A stretch of DNA of 64,000 nt from Planctomycetota bacterium (lineage in GTDB: Bacteria; Planctomycetota; Brocadiia; SM23-32), in the NCBI GenBank assembly GCA_021161675.1, contig JAGHAF010000077.1, positions 7,404-71,403 of the forward strand. Reading direction: 5' to 3'. The translations under genes and the position numbers were made by a program. Below the pieces are notes generated by a model, which ran no database searches, was not told the origin of the DNA, and saw only the letters and a list, made by a program, of their open reading frames with translations. Shown here piece by piece: positions 52,259 through 61,021 of the stretch; the first letter of the stretch is position 1; the number at the start of each line of letters is the position of its first letter.

Positions 52259-52333
52259 CCGTGTGATGTCATTATGTCACCGTGCGACGTCATCTTGTCG
52301 CCGTGTGGTGTCATTTTGTCACCTTGAGATGTC
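52259..52333. repeat. Degenerate 21-bp direct repeats x3.5, consensus CCGTGNGATGTCATTTTGTCA
   Basis: Units at 52259, 52280, 52301 and partial at 52322 in a divergent promoter region. Confidence 0.8.
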
Positions 52334-52352
52334 CGTTGGGAGAGAAAATAGC

Positions 52353-53222
52353 ATGAGTGATATTCCGGTGCTCCACGTCTCCGGGGAGAACGTGCCGGAG
52401 GCCTGGGAGAAGGCCGTGCTGGCGGTCTGGGACGAAGGGGTGGAGGTCAAGACGGAGTACGACCGCCCGGGCGATCCCCCGAGCCTGGACGCCACGGTGA
52501 TGGTAGAAGTTCGCCGGCCGCTCGCGGAGCCGCGCATCCACAAGAATTTCCCCGGCGGGCCGACCGATCTGGAGTCCTACCGCCAGGAGGTGGTCAAGGG
52601 GATTCACGATCACTGGATCAACCCGGCCGAGGGCAAGTGGACCTATACCTACCACCAGCGGCTCTTCGCGTATCGGCCCTTGCAGGACCTGGAGAATCCG
52701 CAGGAAGGGCCTCAATTCCCCCCCCTCGACCAGGTGGATTACATAGTGGAGAAGCTGGCGGCGGCGCCCCACAGCCGGCGGGCGCAGGCCGTCACGTGGA
52801 TTCCGCACTGCGACCCCGGCGCCGACGATCCGCCCTGCCTCCAACGAGTTTGGGCGCGGCTGCTCCCGGCCGGGCAGGGATACCGGCTGAGCATGAACAC
52901 GCACTGGCGCTCCAGAGACGTCTACAAGGCATGGTTCATGAACGTCTACGTTCTGACGGACCTCCAGCGCATCTTGGCGGGGCGCCTTGAGCAGCGGCTG
53001 GACGCTGCCGTCGCGGTCGGGCGTTACGCGGACGTGTCCGACTCCCTGCACATCTACGGCAGCTATCGCGACGCGGACCTGGAGCGGGAGATCGAGAAGA
53101 TGAAGAGCAGCCCGTACACGGAGCGGGCCTGGGACAGCGCGGTCTTCGAACCCATGTTCGAGGAGACCCGCCGGAACCTGGCCGGCGACCCGGACTACTA
53201 CGCCAGGGGCGAGACGGGCTGA
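52353..53222 (+). CDS. thyA: Thymidylate synthase, archaeal-like ThyA
   Basis: YTYHQRL, SRRAQAVTW, PPCL (catalytic Cys), WRSRD..KAWFMN, SLHIY. Confidence 0.72.
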   Translation: MSDIPVLHVSGENVPEAWEKAVLAVWDEGVEVKTEYDRPGDPPSLDATVMVEVRRPLAEPRIHKNFPGGPTDLESYRQEVVKGIHDHWINPAEGKWTYTYHQRLFAYRPLQDLENPQEGPQFPPLDQVDYIVEKLAAAPHSRRAQAVTWIPHCDPGADDPPCLQRVWARLLPAGQGYRLSMNTHWRSRDVYKAWFMNVYVLTDLQRILAGRLEQRLDAAVAVGRYADVSDSLHIYGSYRDADLEREIEKMKSSPYTERAWDSAVFEPMFEETRRNLAGDPDYYARGETG

Positions 53223-53298
53223 ACTGACGGCCTGCGAGCGGTTCTTGTCCGGCTTCATGCGGCGCGCAGCCCGGCGTCCGGATCGAACGGGAGTAACT

Positions 53299-56070
53299 AT
53301 GTCCAGTGCCGACGGCGGCAGTTCAGATGCTTTAGCCCTTTCGGCGCCGGAGCGTCCCTGGCACACCCTGGGCGCCGAAGAGGCCGTCCGGAAGCTGAAA
53401 ACCGACCCCGAGGCCGGCCTGTCGGGCAAGCAGGCCCGCCGGCGCCTGAATCAGCACGGCCCCAATCACCTGCGGCAGGCTCGCCGCGTGCCCTGGTGGC
53501 AGGTCCTGGGCCGGCAGCTGAAGAGCCTGGTGGCGTTTCTTCTGGTGGCGGCCGCGATTGTGGCGTTTTCCATGGGCGAGGCGCTGGAGGGCTGCAGCAT
53601 CATCGTAGTGCTCCTGCTGAACGTGATCATCGGCTTTTTCACCGAATATCGCGCCGGCCGGGCCATGGAGGCGCTTCAGAAGCTGGGCGGCCGTAACGCC
53701 GTGGCCGTTCGGGACGGACGGCCCGAGACGATCTCGGCGACTGACGTGGTCCCGGGGGACATACTTTTGCTCCAGGAGGGCGACTACGTGCCTGCCGACG
53801 GCCGCCTCGTCGAGGTGGCCGGCCTGCAGGTGGACGAATCCTCCCTGACAGGGGAATCGCTGCCCGTGGCGAAGCGAATCGCGCCCCTGGAAGACCCGGA
53901 CACCGCTCTGGCGGATCGCGCCTGCATGGTGTTCAAGGGAACGCACGTCACCACGGGGAACGCCCGCGTGGCTGTCACTGCCACCGGGATGAAAACGGAA
54001 ATCGGCCGCGTCAGCGCGCTGGTCACCGCCACCGAGGACATGGAGACCCCCCTGGAGCGGCGGCTGGCTGAGATGGGGCGTCGCCTGATTGCGCTCTGTC
54101 TGGCCGTGGCGCTGGTGGTGGTCCTTGCCGGCATTGCCCAGGGCCAGCGGATCGGCCTGATGATCGAGGTGGGCATAGCGCTGGCCATCGCGGCGGTTCC
54201 GGAGGGCCTTCCCGTTGTGGCGACCGTTGCGCTCGCCGTGGGGATGCGCAGGATGGCCCGGCGCAATGCGCTGGTGCGGCGCCTGGCCGCCGTCGAGACC
54301 CTGGGCTCGGTCACCTGCGTCTGCACGGACAAGACCGGCACCCTGACCCGTAACGAGATGACCGTGGCGCGGATCGTTCTGCCCGGTCGCGAGATCGAGG
54401 TCTGGGGCTCGGGCTATGAACCCGATGGCCGTTTCGTCGAGAACGGCGCGCAGGCGCACCCCCGCGCCGACCTGCATCTGCGCGCGCTGCTGGTGGCGGC
54501 GTCCCTCTGCAATAACGCCAATCTGCGCAAGTCCGAAGATGGCCGGTGGGAGGTGACGGGCGACCCCACGGAAGCGGCGCTTATCGTGGCCGCTGAAAAG
54601 GCGGGCATCGACACGGCGGCCCTGCGTCGCGAGCACCGGGAACTCCAAGAGTTCGCCTTTTCCAGCGATATCATGCTGATGGGCACGGTGAACGCCGGGC
54701 TGGACGCCCTGCTGCGGCCAGGCGCCGGGAGAGCGCTCGCCGTGAAGGGCGCGCCGGATCGGGTGCTGCGGCACTGCCGGAGGATGCTTACCGCCGGCGG
54801 TGTGCGGCCCATGGAAGCGGCGGACCGGGCGGCAGCGCTCGATGCGAACCATGCGCTGGCGGCGGACGGGCGCCGCGTGCTCGGGGTGGCGTTCCGCCCC
54901 GTGGAAGAGCCGCCTGCCGGCGAAGCGGAAGCCTACCGGGACCTGATATGGGCCGGGCTGATGGGGCTGGAGGACCCGACCCGCGACGAGGTGCGCCAGA
55001 CCGTGGACGTCCTGACCGAGGCAGGCGTCAAGACCGTGATGATAACGGGCGACCAGGCCCCGACCGCCGCACGCGTCGCCGCGGCCCTGCACATCGCGCC
55101 TGACGGGTCGCCCGTGCTCTCGGGCAGAGACCTGCAGCGGCTCAGCGAGGAGGAACTGGCCGAACGGCTGCGCGAGGTGGAAGTGTTAGCCCGCGTCAGC
55201 CCTGAGCAAAAGGTCGATATCCTGCGCGCCCTCCAGCGGCGGGGCGAGATATGCGCGATGCTCGGCGACGGGGTGAACGACGCCGTCGCGCTCAAAGGCG
55301 CCGACATCGGGGTGGCCATGGGAATAAAGGGCGCCGACGTGGCCAAAGAGACCGCGGATATGATCCTGCTGGACGATCGGTTCGTCACCATTGGGCACGC
55401 CGTCGAGCAGGGGCGAATCATCTACGCCAACATCAAGAAGTTCATCCACTACCTGTTCAGCTGCAACCTGAGCGAGGTCTGCACGATGCTGGGGGCCTCC
55501 CTGCTGGGCCGGCCGCTTCCCCTGCTGCCGCTCCAGATACTGTGGCTCAACATGATTACGGACGTCCTTCCGGCGCTCGCGCTGGCCATGGAACCGGGCG
55601 AGGAGGGCATTATGAAGCGCCCGCCGCGCCCGCCGGACGCCGCGCTGCTGGGCCGCCGCGCCACGGGTTCAATTCTGGGATACGGGCTTCTGATAACGGT
55701 GGCCACGATGGCGGCGTTCCTGTATGGCCGCTTCGCGCATGGGGTTGTTGAGTCGGGGCCGGACCCGGCGATCACGATGAGTTTCCTCACGATCGGGTTC
55801 GCGCAGATCTTCCACGTGTTCAACTCCCGCAAGGAAGGGCGCGCGCTGCGTGGCGCCGAGTGGTGGAGTAACCCCTTCGTGCTGGGGGCAATAGGGCTGA
55901 CCGTGGCGCTGCAGCTTGCGGCCGTCTACCTGCCCGGCCTGAACGCCGCGCTCAGAACCGCGCGGCCGGCGCCGATGGACTGGCTGGTGATAGGGACCTG
56001 CTCGCTGATGCCGCTCGTGGTCGGGCAGGCGATCCGGCGCGCTTTTCCAAGGATGAAGGATGAAGGATGA
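53299..56070 (+). CDS. P-type cation-transporting ATPase (type IIA, Ca2+-like)
   Basis: LTGES, AVPEGL, DKTGTLT, KGAP, TGD, GDGVND, QILWLNMITD. Confidence 0.95.
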   Translation: MSSADGGSSDALALSAPERPWHTLGAEEAVRKLKTDPEAGLSGKQARRRLNQHGPNHLRQARRVPWWQVLGRQLKSLVAFLLVAAAIVAFSMGEALEGCSIIVVLLLNVIIGFFTEYRAGRAMEALQKLGGRNAVAVRDGRPETISATDVVPGDILLLQEGDYVPADGRLVEVAGLQVDESSLTGESLPVAKRIAPLEDPDTALADRACMVFKGTHVTTGNARVAVTATGMKTEIGRVSALVTATEDMETPLERRLAEMGRRLIALCLAVALVVVLAGIAQGQRIGLMIEVGIALAIAAVPEGLPVVATVALAVGMRRMARRNALVRRLAAVETLGSVTCVCTDKTGTLTRNEMTVARIVLPGREIEVWGSGYEPDGRFVENGAQAHPRADLHLRALLVAASLCNNANLRKSEDGRWEVTGDPTEAALIVAAEKAGIDTAALRREHRELQEFAFSSDIMLMGTVNAGLDALLRPGAGRALAVKGAPDRVLRHCRRMLTAGGVRPMEAADRAAALDANHALAADGRRVLGVAFRPVEEPPAGEAEAYRDLIWAGLMGLEDPTRDEVRQTVDVLTEAGVKTVMITGDQAPTAARVAAALHIAPDGSPVLSGRDLQRLSEEELAERLREVEVLARVSPEQKVDILRALQRRGEICAMLGDGVNDAVALKGADIGVAMGIKGADVAKETADMILLDDRFVTIGHAVEQGRIIYANIKKFIHYLFSCNLSEVCTMLGASLLGRPLPLLPLQILWLNMITDVLPALALAMEPGEEGIMKRPPRPPDAALLGRRATGSILGYGLLITVATMAAFLYGRFAHGVVESGPDPAITMSFLTIGFAQIFHVFNSRKEGRALRGAEWWSNPFVLGAIGLTVALQLAAVYLPGLNAALRTARPAPMDWLVIGTCSLMPLVVGQAIRRAFPRMKDEG

Positions 56071-56136
56071 GTTGAACGGCAACGGCGAAAGTTTGCGCCG
56101 AAGCTTTCTTTTCTTGCCTTTATCCTTTATCCTTCC
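56049..56136. repeat. Inverted heptamer cassette (AAGGATG)3 ... (TATCCTT)2
   Basis: Direct reading; left arm overlaps the ATPase stop codon. Confidence 0.7.
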
Positions 56137-56144
56137 GTCTTATA

Positions 56145-57539
56145 ATGAGATATATCTCCACACGCGGCGGCGTTGAGCCGATAAGCTTTCAGGACGCCGT
56201 TCTGATGGGGCTGGCCGACGATGGCGGGCTCCTCATCCCGGAATCGCTGCCCGATGTTGCGGACCGCCTGCCCCGGTGGCGGGACATGGACTACTGCGAA
56301 CTGGCGTTCGAAGTGATGCGGCTTTTCGCCACGGACCTTCCCGAAGACGACCTGCGCGGCCTGGTGGACATGACCTACGGCCCCGCATATGGCGGGCCCG
56401 TCGCTCCGACCAGGGAGGTGGGGCCTTTCTACGTCGTTGAGCTGTGGCACGGGCCCACCCTGGCGTTCAAGGACGTGGCCCTGCAATTCCTGGGCAATCT
56501 CTTCGAATACACGCTGGCCCGTCGGGGCGGCGAACTCAACATACTGGGCGCCACCAGCGGAGACACCGGCAGCGCGGCGATCTGCGGGTGCCGGGGCCGG
56601 GACGGAATCCGCATCTTCATCCTGCACCCGGAGGGCGGCGTTTCCCCCATCCAGAAGCGACAGATGACGACGGTGCTGGACGAGAACGTCCACAACATCG
56701 CGATCGAAGGCAGCTTTGATGACTGCCAGAGCATCGTCAAATCACTGGCCTCCGACCTGGATTTCAAGGCGCGATACTCCCTCGGCGCGGTCAATTCCAT
56801 CAATTGGGCGCGCGTTATGGCGCAGGTAACATATTTTTTCAGCGCACTTTTTGACGTTCAGAAGATGAGCGGCGCGGCGCAGGCGCAGGTGTGCGTCCCC
56901 ACGGGGAATTTCGGGGACATCCTGGCGGGGTGGTACGCGATGAAGATGGGCGCGCCAATCAGCCGGCTCCTGCTGGCCACCAATGAGAACGATATCCTGG
57001 CCCGTTTCTTCGACACCGGCGAATACTCGCGCGGCGAGGTGCGGCAGACCCTCGCGCCGGCCATGGACATTCAGGTGGCCAGCAACTTCGAGCGATACCT
57101 TTACTACCGCGTCGGCGAGGACCCGGAGCGTTTGAAGGCTCTGATGGACCAGTTCCAACTAACGGGGGCGTTCCAGCTCGAATTGGGCGACGCTGAGGCC
57201 GTTGATCCCGACCTCGTGGCGGACACGGGCCGCAGGCAAGACTGTCTGGATACGATCCGGCAGTTCTACGTCCGGCACGATTACCTGCTGGACCCCCACA
57301 CGGCGGTGGGCGTCTCTGTGGCGAAGCGCCATCAACTGGACCACGCCCCCACGCTCTGCCTTGCCACGGCGCATCCGGCCAAGTTCCCGGACGCCGTCCG
57401 GCAGGCCGTGGGCGAAGACGTAGCGCACCATCCTGAGATTGACGCCCTCATGCAGCGTCCCACCCGCTGCGAGACGCTGCCCGGCGACGAAGGGGCGGTG
57501 CGCCGCTACATAGAACACGCCGTGGAGGATGGGCTGTAA
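56145..57539 (+). CDS. thrC: Threonine synthase
   Basis: MRYISTRG, HGPTLAFKD, ATSGDTG, NSINWAR, PTGNFG, TAHPAKF. Confidence 0.97.
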   Translation: MRYISTRGGVEPISFQDAVLMGLADDGGLLIPESLPDVADRLPRWRDMDYCELAFEVMRLFATDLPEDDLRGLVDMTYGPAYGGPVAPTREVGPFYVVELWHGPTLAFKDVALQFLGNLFEYTLARRGGELNILGATSGDTGSAAICGCRGRDGIRIFILHPEGGVSPIQKRQMTTVLDENVHNIAIEGSFDDCQSIVKSLASDLDFKARYSLGAVNSINWARVMAQVTYFFSALFDVQKMSGAAQAQVCVPTGNFGDILAGWYAMKMGAPISRLLLATNENDILARFFDTGEYSRGEVRQTLAPAMDIQVASNFERYLYYRVGEDPERLKALMDQFQLTGAFQLELGDAEAVDPDLVADTGRRQDCLDTIRQFYVRHDYLLDPHTAVGVSVAKRHQLDHAPTLCLATAHPAKFPDAVRQAVGEDVAHHPEIDALMQRPTRCETLPGDEGAVRRYIEHAVEDGL

Positions 57540-57604
57540 CATTTTGCGCCGCTCACGCGCTGTTGCCGCGCCCCCCCGGCGCAAGCGCCGACTTGCCATA
57601 AGGC

Positions 57605-57634
57605 TTGACATTGGAGGCTGATACGATGTAGGCT
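57605..57634 (+). promoter_or_regulatory. Probable promoter for flp pilin genes
   Basis: TTGACA-18 bp-TAGGCT. Confidence 0.5.
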
Positions 57635-57732
57635 TTCTTACAGCCCTGTTTGGGACAGGTTTGGTATGAGGTTTGCGCCAAACCTGAGTGTCGTTACTTG
57701 TTTCCCGTTTCTACAGAATCGGAGGTGCTCCG

Positions 57733-57906
57733 ATGTCACAGTATCTTAGTAGGATGTGGTTGGCTCTGCAGACCAAAAAGGGGCAGAGTCTGGTGGAGTA
57801 CGCGTTGATCCTTGCCCTGGTGGCCATCGTGGTCATCACGGCGCTGACGGCTCTTGGTGGCAAGGCGTCCAACACGATGTCGAACGTCTCGAACGCCCTG
57901 CCGTAA
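57733..57906 (+). CDS. flp: Flp/Tad (type IVc) pilin
   Basis: KKG|QSLVEYALILALVAIVVI; GGAGG RBS. Confidence 0.92.
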   Translation: MSQYLSRMWLALQTKKGQSLVEYALILALVAIVVITALTALGGKASNTMSNVSNALP

Positions 57907-57931
57907 GCGAACCCCCCTTAACGTAGACGTG

Positions 57932-57966
57932 GGCAAGGCCCGCCTTGATTCGGGGCGGGCCTTGCC
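57932..57966 (+). terminator. Strong hairpin between the two pilin genes
   Basis: GGCAAGGCCCGCCTTG-ATT-CGGGGCGGGCCTTGCC with weak U-tract. Confidence 0.6.
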
Positions 57967-58025
57967 TTATTGCGCGGCGAAGTTCCAACCAGATGCTGTC
58001 AAGGTGTTCACCAGGTATGGAGGTC

Positions 58026-58202
58026 ATGTTAGATTCATCGCCGTCTCATTGCAGCAAGCGGGCGCAGACGCTGGTCGAATTCCTTCTGGTTCTCTTGCTG
58101 GTTGCCATCGTGCTCATTGTGGCCCTGAGGAGCACGGGGGGGAAAGTGAGCCCACCCCTCGAGCAGACGGCCAATTCCCTGGAGAATGTCCAACCTGAGT
58201 AG
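58026..58202 (+). CDS. Second, variant Flp pilin
   Basis: KRA|QTLVEFLLVLLLVAIVLI; GGAGG RBS. Confidence 0.75.
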   Translation: MLDSSPSHCSKRAQTLVEFLLVLLLVAIVLIVALRSTGGKVSPPLEQTANSLENVQPE

Positions 58203-58208
58203 CCGCGC

Positions 58209-58994
58209 TCACGCGAGCACATCCTGCATCGTGTAGAAGCCGGCTTCTTGTCCTGCCAGGAACTTTGCCGCCTCCAGCGCGCCCCGTGCGAACACGTCCC
58301 GGCTGCTTGCCCGGTGCGTCAGTTCTATCCTTTCCCCTTCGCCGGCGAACATGACGGTGTGCTCGCCGACAATGTCTCCCCCGCGGATGGCGTGCACCCC
58401 GATCTCCGCCGGCGGCCTGGGTCCGACGGCGCCCTGCCGGCCGTGCCGCACCGTCCCCTGGCCCCTGCCCGGAACCTCGCGCAGACGACGAACCAGTTCT
58501 TCCGCGGTGCCGCTGGGGGCGTCCTTCTTGCGGCGGTGGTGGGCCTCGATAACTTCCACGTCGTAACCCTCCGGCAGGGCCCTGGCCGCGCCTTCCGCCA
58601 GGCTGAAGAGCAGGTTCACCCCCACCGACATGTTGGGGGCCATCAGCACGGGTATGCTCGCGGCCACCTGCCGCTCAATTTCCTCCCGCTGCGCATCACT
58701 CAGGCCGGTGGTGCCGATGACAAGGGGCGTCCCCGACTCCATGCACCTGCGCGCGCATCGAAGCGTCGCCTCCGGCGCGCTGAAGTCAACCACCACGTCG
58801 CAGTCCGTGGCGAGCGCCTCCGAAATCGGCACGCCCAGCGCGTCCACTGCGGCGAGCGTTCCGGCGTCCCGCCCCAGGTCCGGATGTCCGGGCCTGTCCG
58901 TGGCCCCGGCCAGCTCCATATCTTCCGTCGCTGCGACGAGCGCAATGACGCGCCGTCCCATGGCGCCCGCCGCGCCGTGCACCGTTATTCTCAT
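58209..58994 (-). CDS. dapB: 4-hydroxy-tetrahydrodipicolinate reductase
   Basis: GAAGAMG, VIGTTG, EAHHRRKKDAPSGTA, RGGDIVGEH. Confidence 0.97.
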   Translation of the reverse strand: MRITVHGAAGAMGRRVIALVAATEDMELAGATDRPGHPDLGRDAGTLAAVDALGVPISEALATDCDVVVDFSAPEATLRCARRCMESGTPLVIGTTGLSDAQREEIERQVAASIPVLMAPNMSVGVNLLFSLAEGAARALPEGYDVEVIEAHHRRKKDAPSGTAEELVRRLREVPGRGQGTVRHGRQGAVGPRPPAEIGVHAIRGGDIVGEHTVMFAGEGERIELTHRASSRDVFARGALEAAKFLAGQEAGFYTMQDVLA

Positions 58995-59210
58995 GTTTGG
59001 CCCTTCCCTTTTCTCAGCTTCCGGCGTGCATGATAACCCGGCGAGTGGCTATAATAGGCGATTCGGCGAGTTAGCGCAAATCAGGCGCCCTGCCGGGCTG
59101 CAAAGGCGTGCGCTGTGGCCGCGAACAGCTCCGCAGGCGGACAAAGCATGGCCATGCCCGTCGGCGGCCGAGCCAACTCACGCAGCGCCGTTACGGCCTG
59201 CCTGCCTGTT

Positions 59211-59298
59211 GGATCCGTTTTCATCGGCCTTCACCCGCGGTTTCACGAGGTTTCTGACATGACTATGGAACTGCGGATGAATGCAAATAGACGCCGAT
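59211..59298. repeat. Imperfect inverted-repeat element (CGGATGAA/CCGATGAA 9-mer family)
   Basis: ATCCGTTTTCATCGGCCTTCACCCGCGGTTTC facing GAACTGCGGATGAATGCAAATAGACGCCGAT. Confidence 0.45.
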
Positions 59299-59539
59299 CA
59301 GAGGTTGACCGTTTATCGCGAACTGCCGGCCCCAAGATCAGCAAAGGGGCGCCGTCCTCTCCTGCGCAGACAGCGGGCGGAAGCAGCCTCAGAAGCGCCC
59401 CAGGCTCTCCGAACTCCGGAGGCGGAGGCGCTAAAGGAGGGAGGTAATCGCGTTTCCCGCGCCAGGCCGACCTGTAGCTGTTTTTCCTGACCGGCAATCG
59501 TTTTTCCGAGAAAAGGCGACCGGGCGCGCAGAATGGGCC

Positions 59540-59567
59540 TTGCAAATTAGAAATAACTTTCTAAAAT
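59540..59567 (+). promoter_or_regulatory. Promoter with overlapping palindromic operator
   Basis: TTGCAA-16 bp-TAAAAT; TTAGAAA-TAAC-TTTCTAA at 59547-59564; ATG 7 nt after the -10. Confidence 0.6.
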
Positions 59568-59574
59568 ACAAGGC

Positions 59575-60741
59575 ATGATAAAGCGAACGGTACAGCGAGA
59601 ACTTCTTGAACGTCTGGCAATCTATCCGGCAGTGGCGCTGATCGGGCCTCGTCAGTGCGGCAAGACCACCCTGGCGCAGACGCTGGACGGCGCTTATTTC
59701 GACCTGGAACAGGAGGCCGAGCGCCTGCGCCTCGACCTCGAATGGGACGGCCTGGCCGCGGGAAAGGACCTGGTGATCCTCGACGAGGCGCAGTCCTGGC
59801 CCGAGGTCTTCCCGCGCCTCCGCGGAGCCATAGACCAGGACCGCAAGCGCATGGGCCGGTTCCTCCTGCTGGGGTCAGTATCTCTCTCTCTGATGGTCCA
59901 CGTGTCCGAGTCTTTGGCCGGCCGCTTGTCGCTGATCGAGTTGGCGCCTTTCCTCTTGAGCGAGCTGAGGACAAAGGCATCGCGCGAGCGCCGCTGGCTG
60001 TTCGGCGGCTACCCCGATGGCGGCGTGCTGAAGCCCGGGCAGTATCCCCGATGGCAACTGGACTACCTGGCGCTGCTGAGCCAGCGAGACCTGCCGTCAT
60101 GGGGGTTGCCAGCCAGGCCCCAGACCACCGAGCGGATGTTGCGTATGCTCGCCGCCTTGCACGGTCAAACGTGGAATGCTTCGCAGGTCGGGCAGAGCCT
60201 GGGGCTTTCATATCAGACGGTCAACAGCTACCTCGACTACCTTGTCGGAGCCTTTCTTATTCGAAGACTCCAACCCTACCGGGCGAACATCAAGAAACGG
60301 TTGGTCAAGAGCCCCAAGGTCTACTGGCGCGACAGCGGCCTCGTCCATGCCTTGCTGAACGTATCCGACCAGCGCGCTTTGCTCGCGCAACCGTGGGTCG
60401 GGGCGAGTTGGGAAGGTTACGTGATCAATCAGGCGCTCGGTGAATTGTCTTCTCTCGGTCGGGGCGTTGGCGCCTACTACTTCAGAACGAGCGATCGGCA
60501 CGAGCTGGACCTGGTGCTGGACTTTGGCAAAGAGCTTTGGGCCATCGAGGTAAAGCTGTCATCGTCGCCCGGGCCGGCCGACATGAGCCGATTGGATAAG
60601 GCCGCCGATATGATCAGCGCGTCGCGACGTTTCCTGGTCTCGCAGACAAGTCGCTCGAGCGGCGACGAGCGCAGGGCCTCCTGCAATCTGGCTTCGTTTC
60701 TGAAGCTTCTACGGGAGAGTGGCTCGCATACGACAGAGTAA
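59575..60741 (+). CDS. AAA_14 ATPase with DUF4143 domain
   Basis: GPRQCGKTT, ILDEAQ, ESLAGR, KSPKVYWRDSG, ELDLVL...AIEVK. Confidence 0.9.
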   Translation: MIKRTVQRELLERLAIYPAVALIGPRQCGKTTLAQTLDGAYFDLEQEAERLRLDLEWDGLAAGKDLVILDEAQSWPEVFPRLRGAIDQDRKRMGRFLLLGSVSLSLMVHVSESLAGRLSLIELAPFLLSELRTKASRERRWLFGGYPDGGVLKPGQYPRWQLDYLALLSQRDLPSWGLPARPQTTERMLRMLAALHGQTWNASQVGQSLGLSYQTVNSYLDYLVGAFLIRRLQPYRANIKKRLVKSPKVYWRDSGLVHALLNVSDQRALLAQPWVGASWEGYVINQALGELSSLGRGVGAYYFRTSDRHELDLVLDFGKELWAIEVKLSSSPGPADMSRLDKAADMISASRRFLVSQTSRSSGDERRASCNLASFLKLLRESGSHTTE

Positions 60742-61021
60742 GACAGAAACCCGGACGGCCCCTCGCTTGTTCCCTTACAATTCTCAACCTATACTGGGAG
60801 GAGGCGATATCGAATATCGAAGGCTCTGGCGCCATCTGCGCGTAGCGCCGTTCGGCTTTTGTTTTTCGAACTTTCTGTGGATTCGTAGTACGGCTCGGCC
60901 TTCGCAGCCCCGCTGAGCGGGGCGCAGTAGGATGGCCGCAGATGAAGAATAGAGCGTTCAATAGTTGGATATTCTCGTTCTCTTAGCATTCCTCACTTCG
61001 GGGAAGTGTTACTTCTGCCCT

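Noticed and set aside
57635-57732. c-di-GMP riboswitch upstream of flp
   Set aside because: Lacks the GEMM-I (GGCAAAC...GAAA...GCAAAGC) and class II consensus elements
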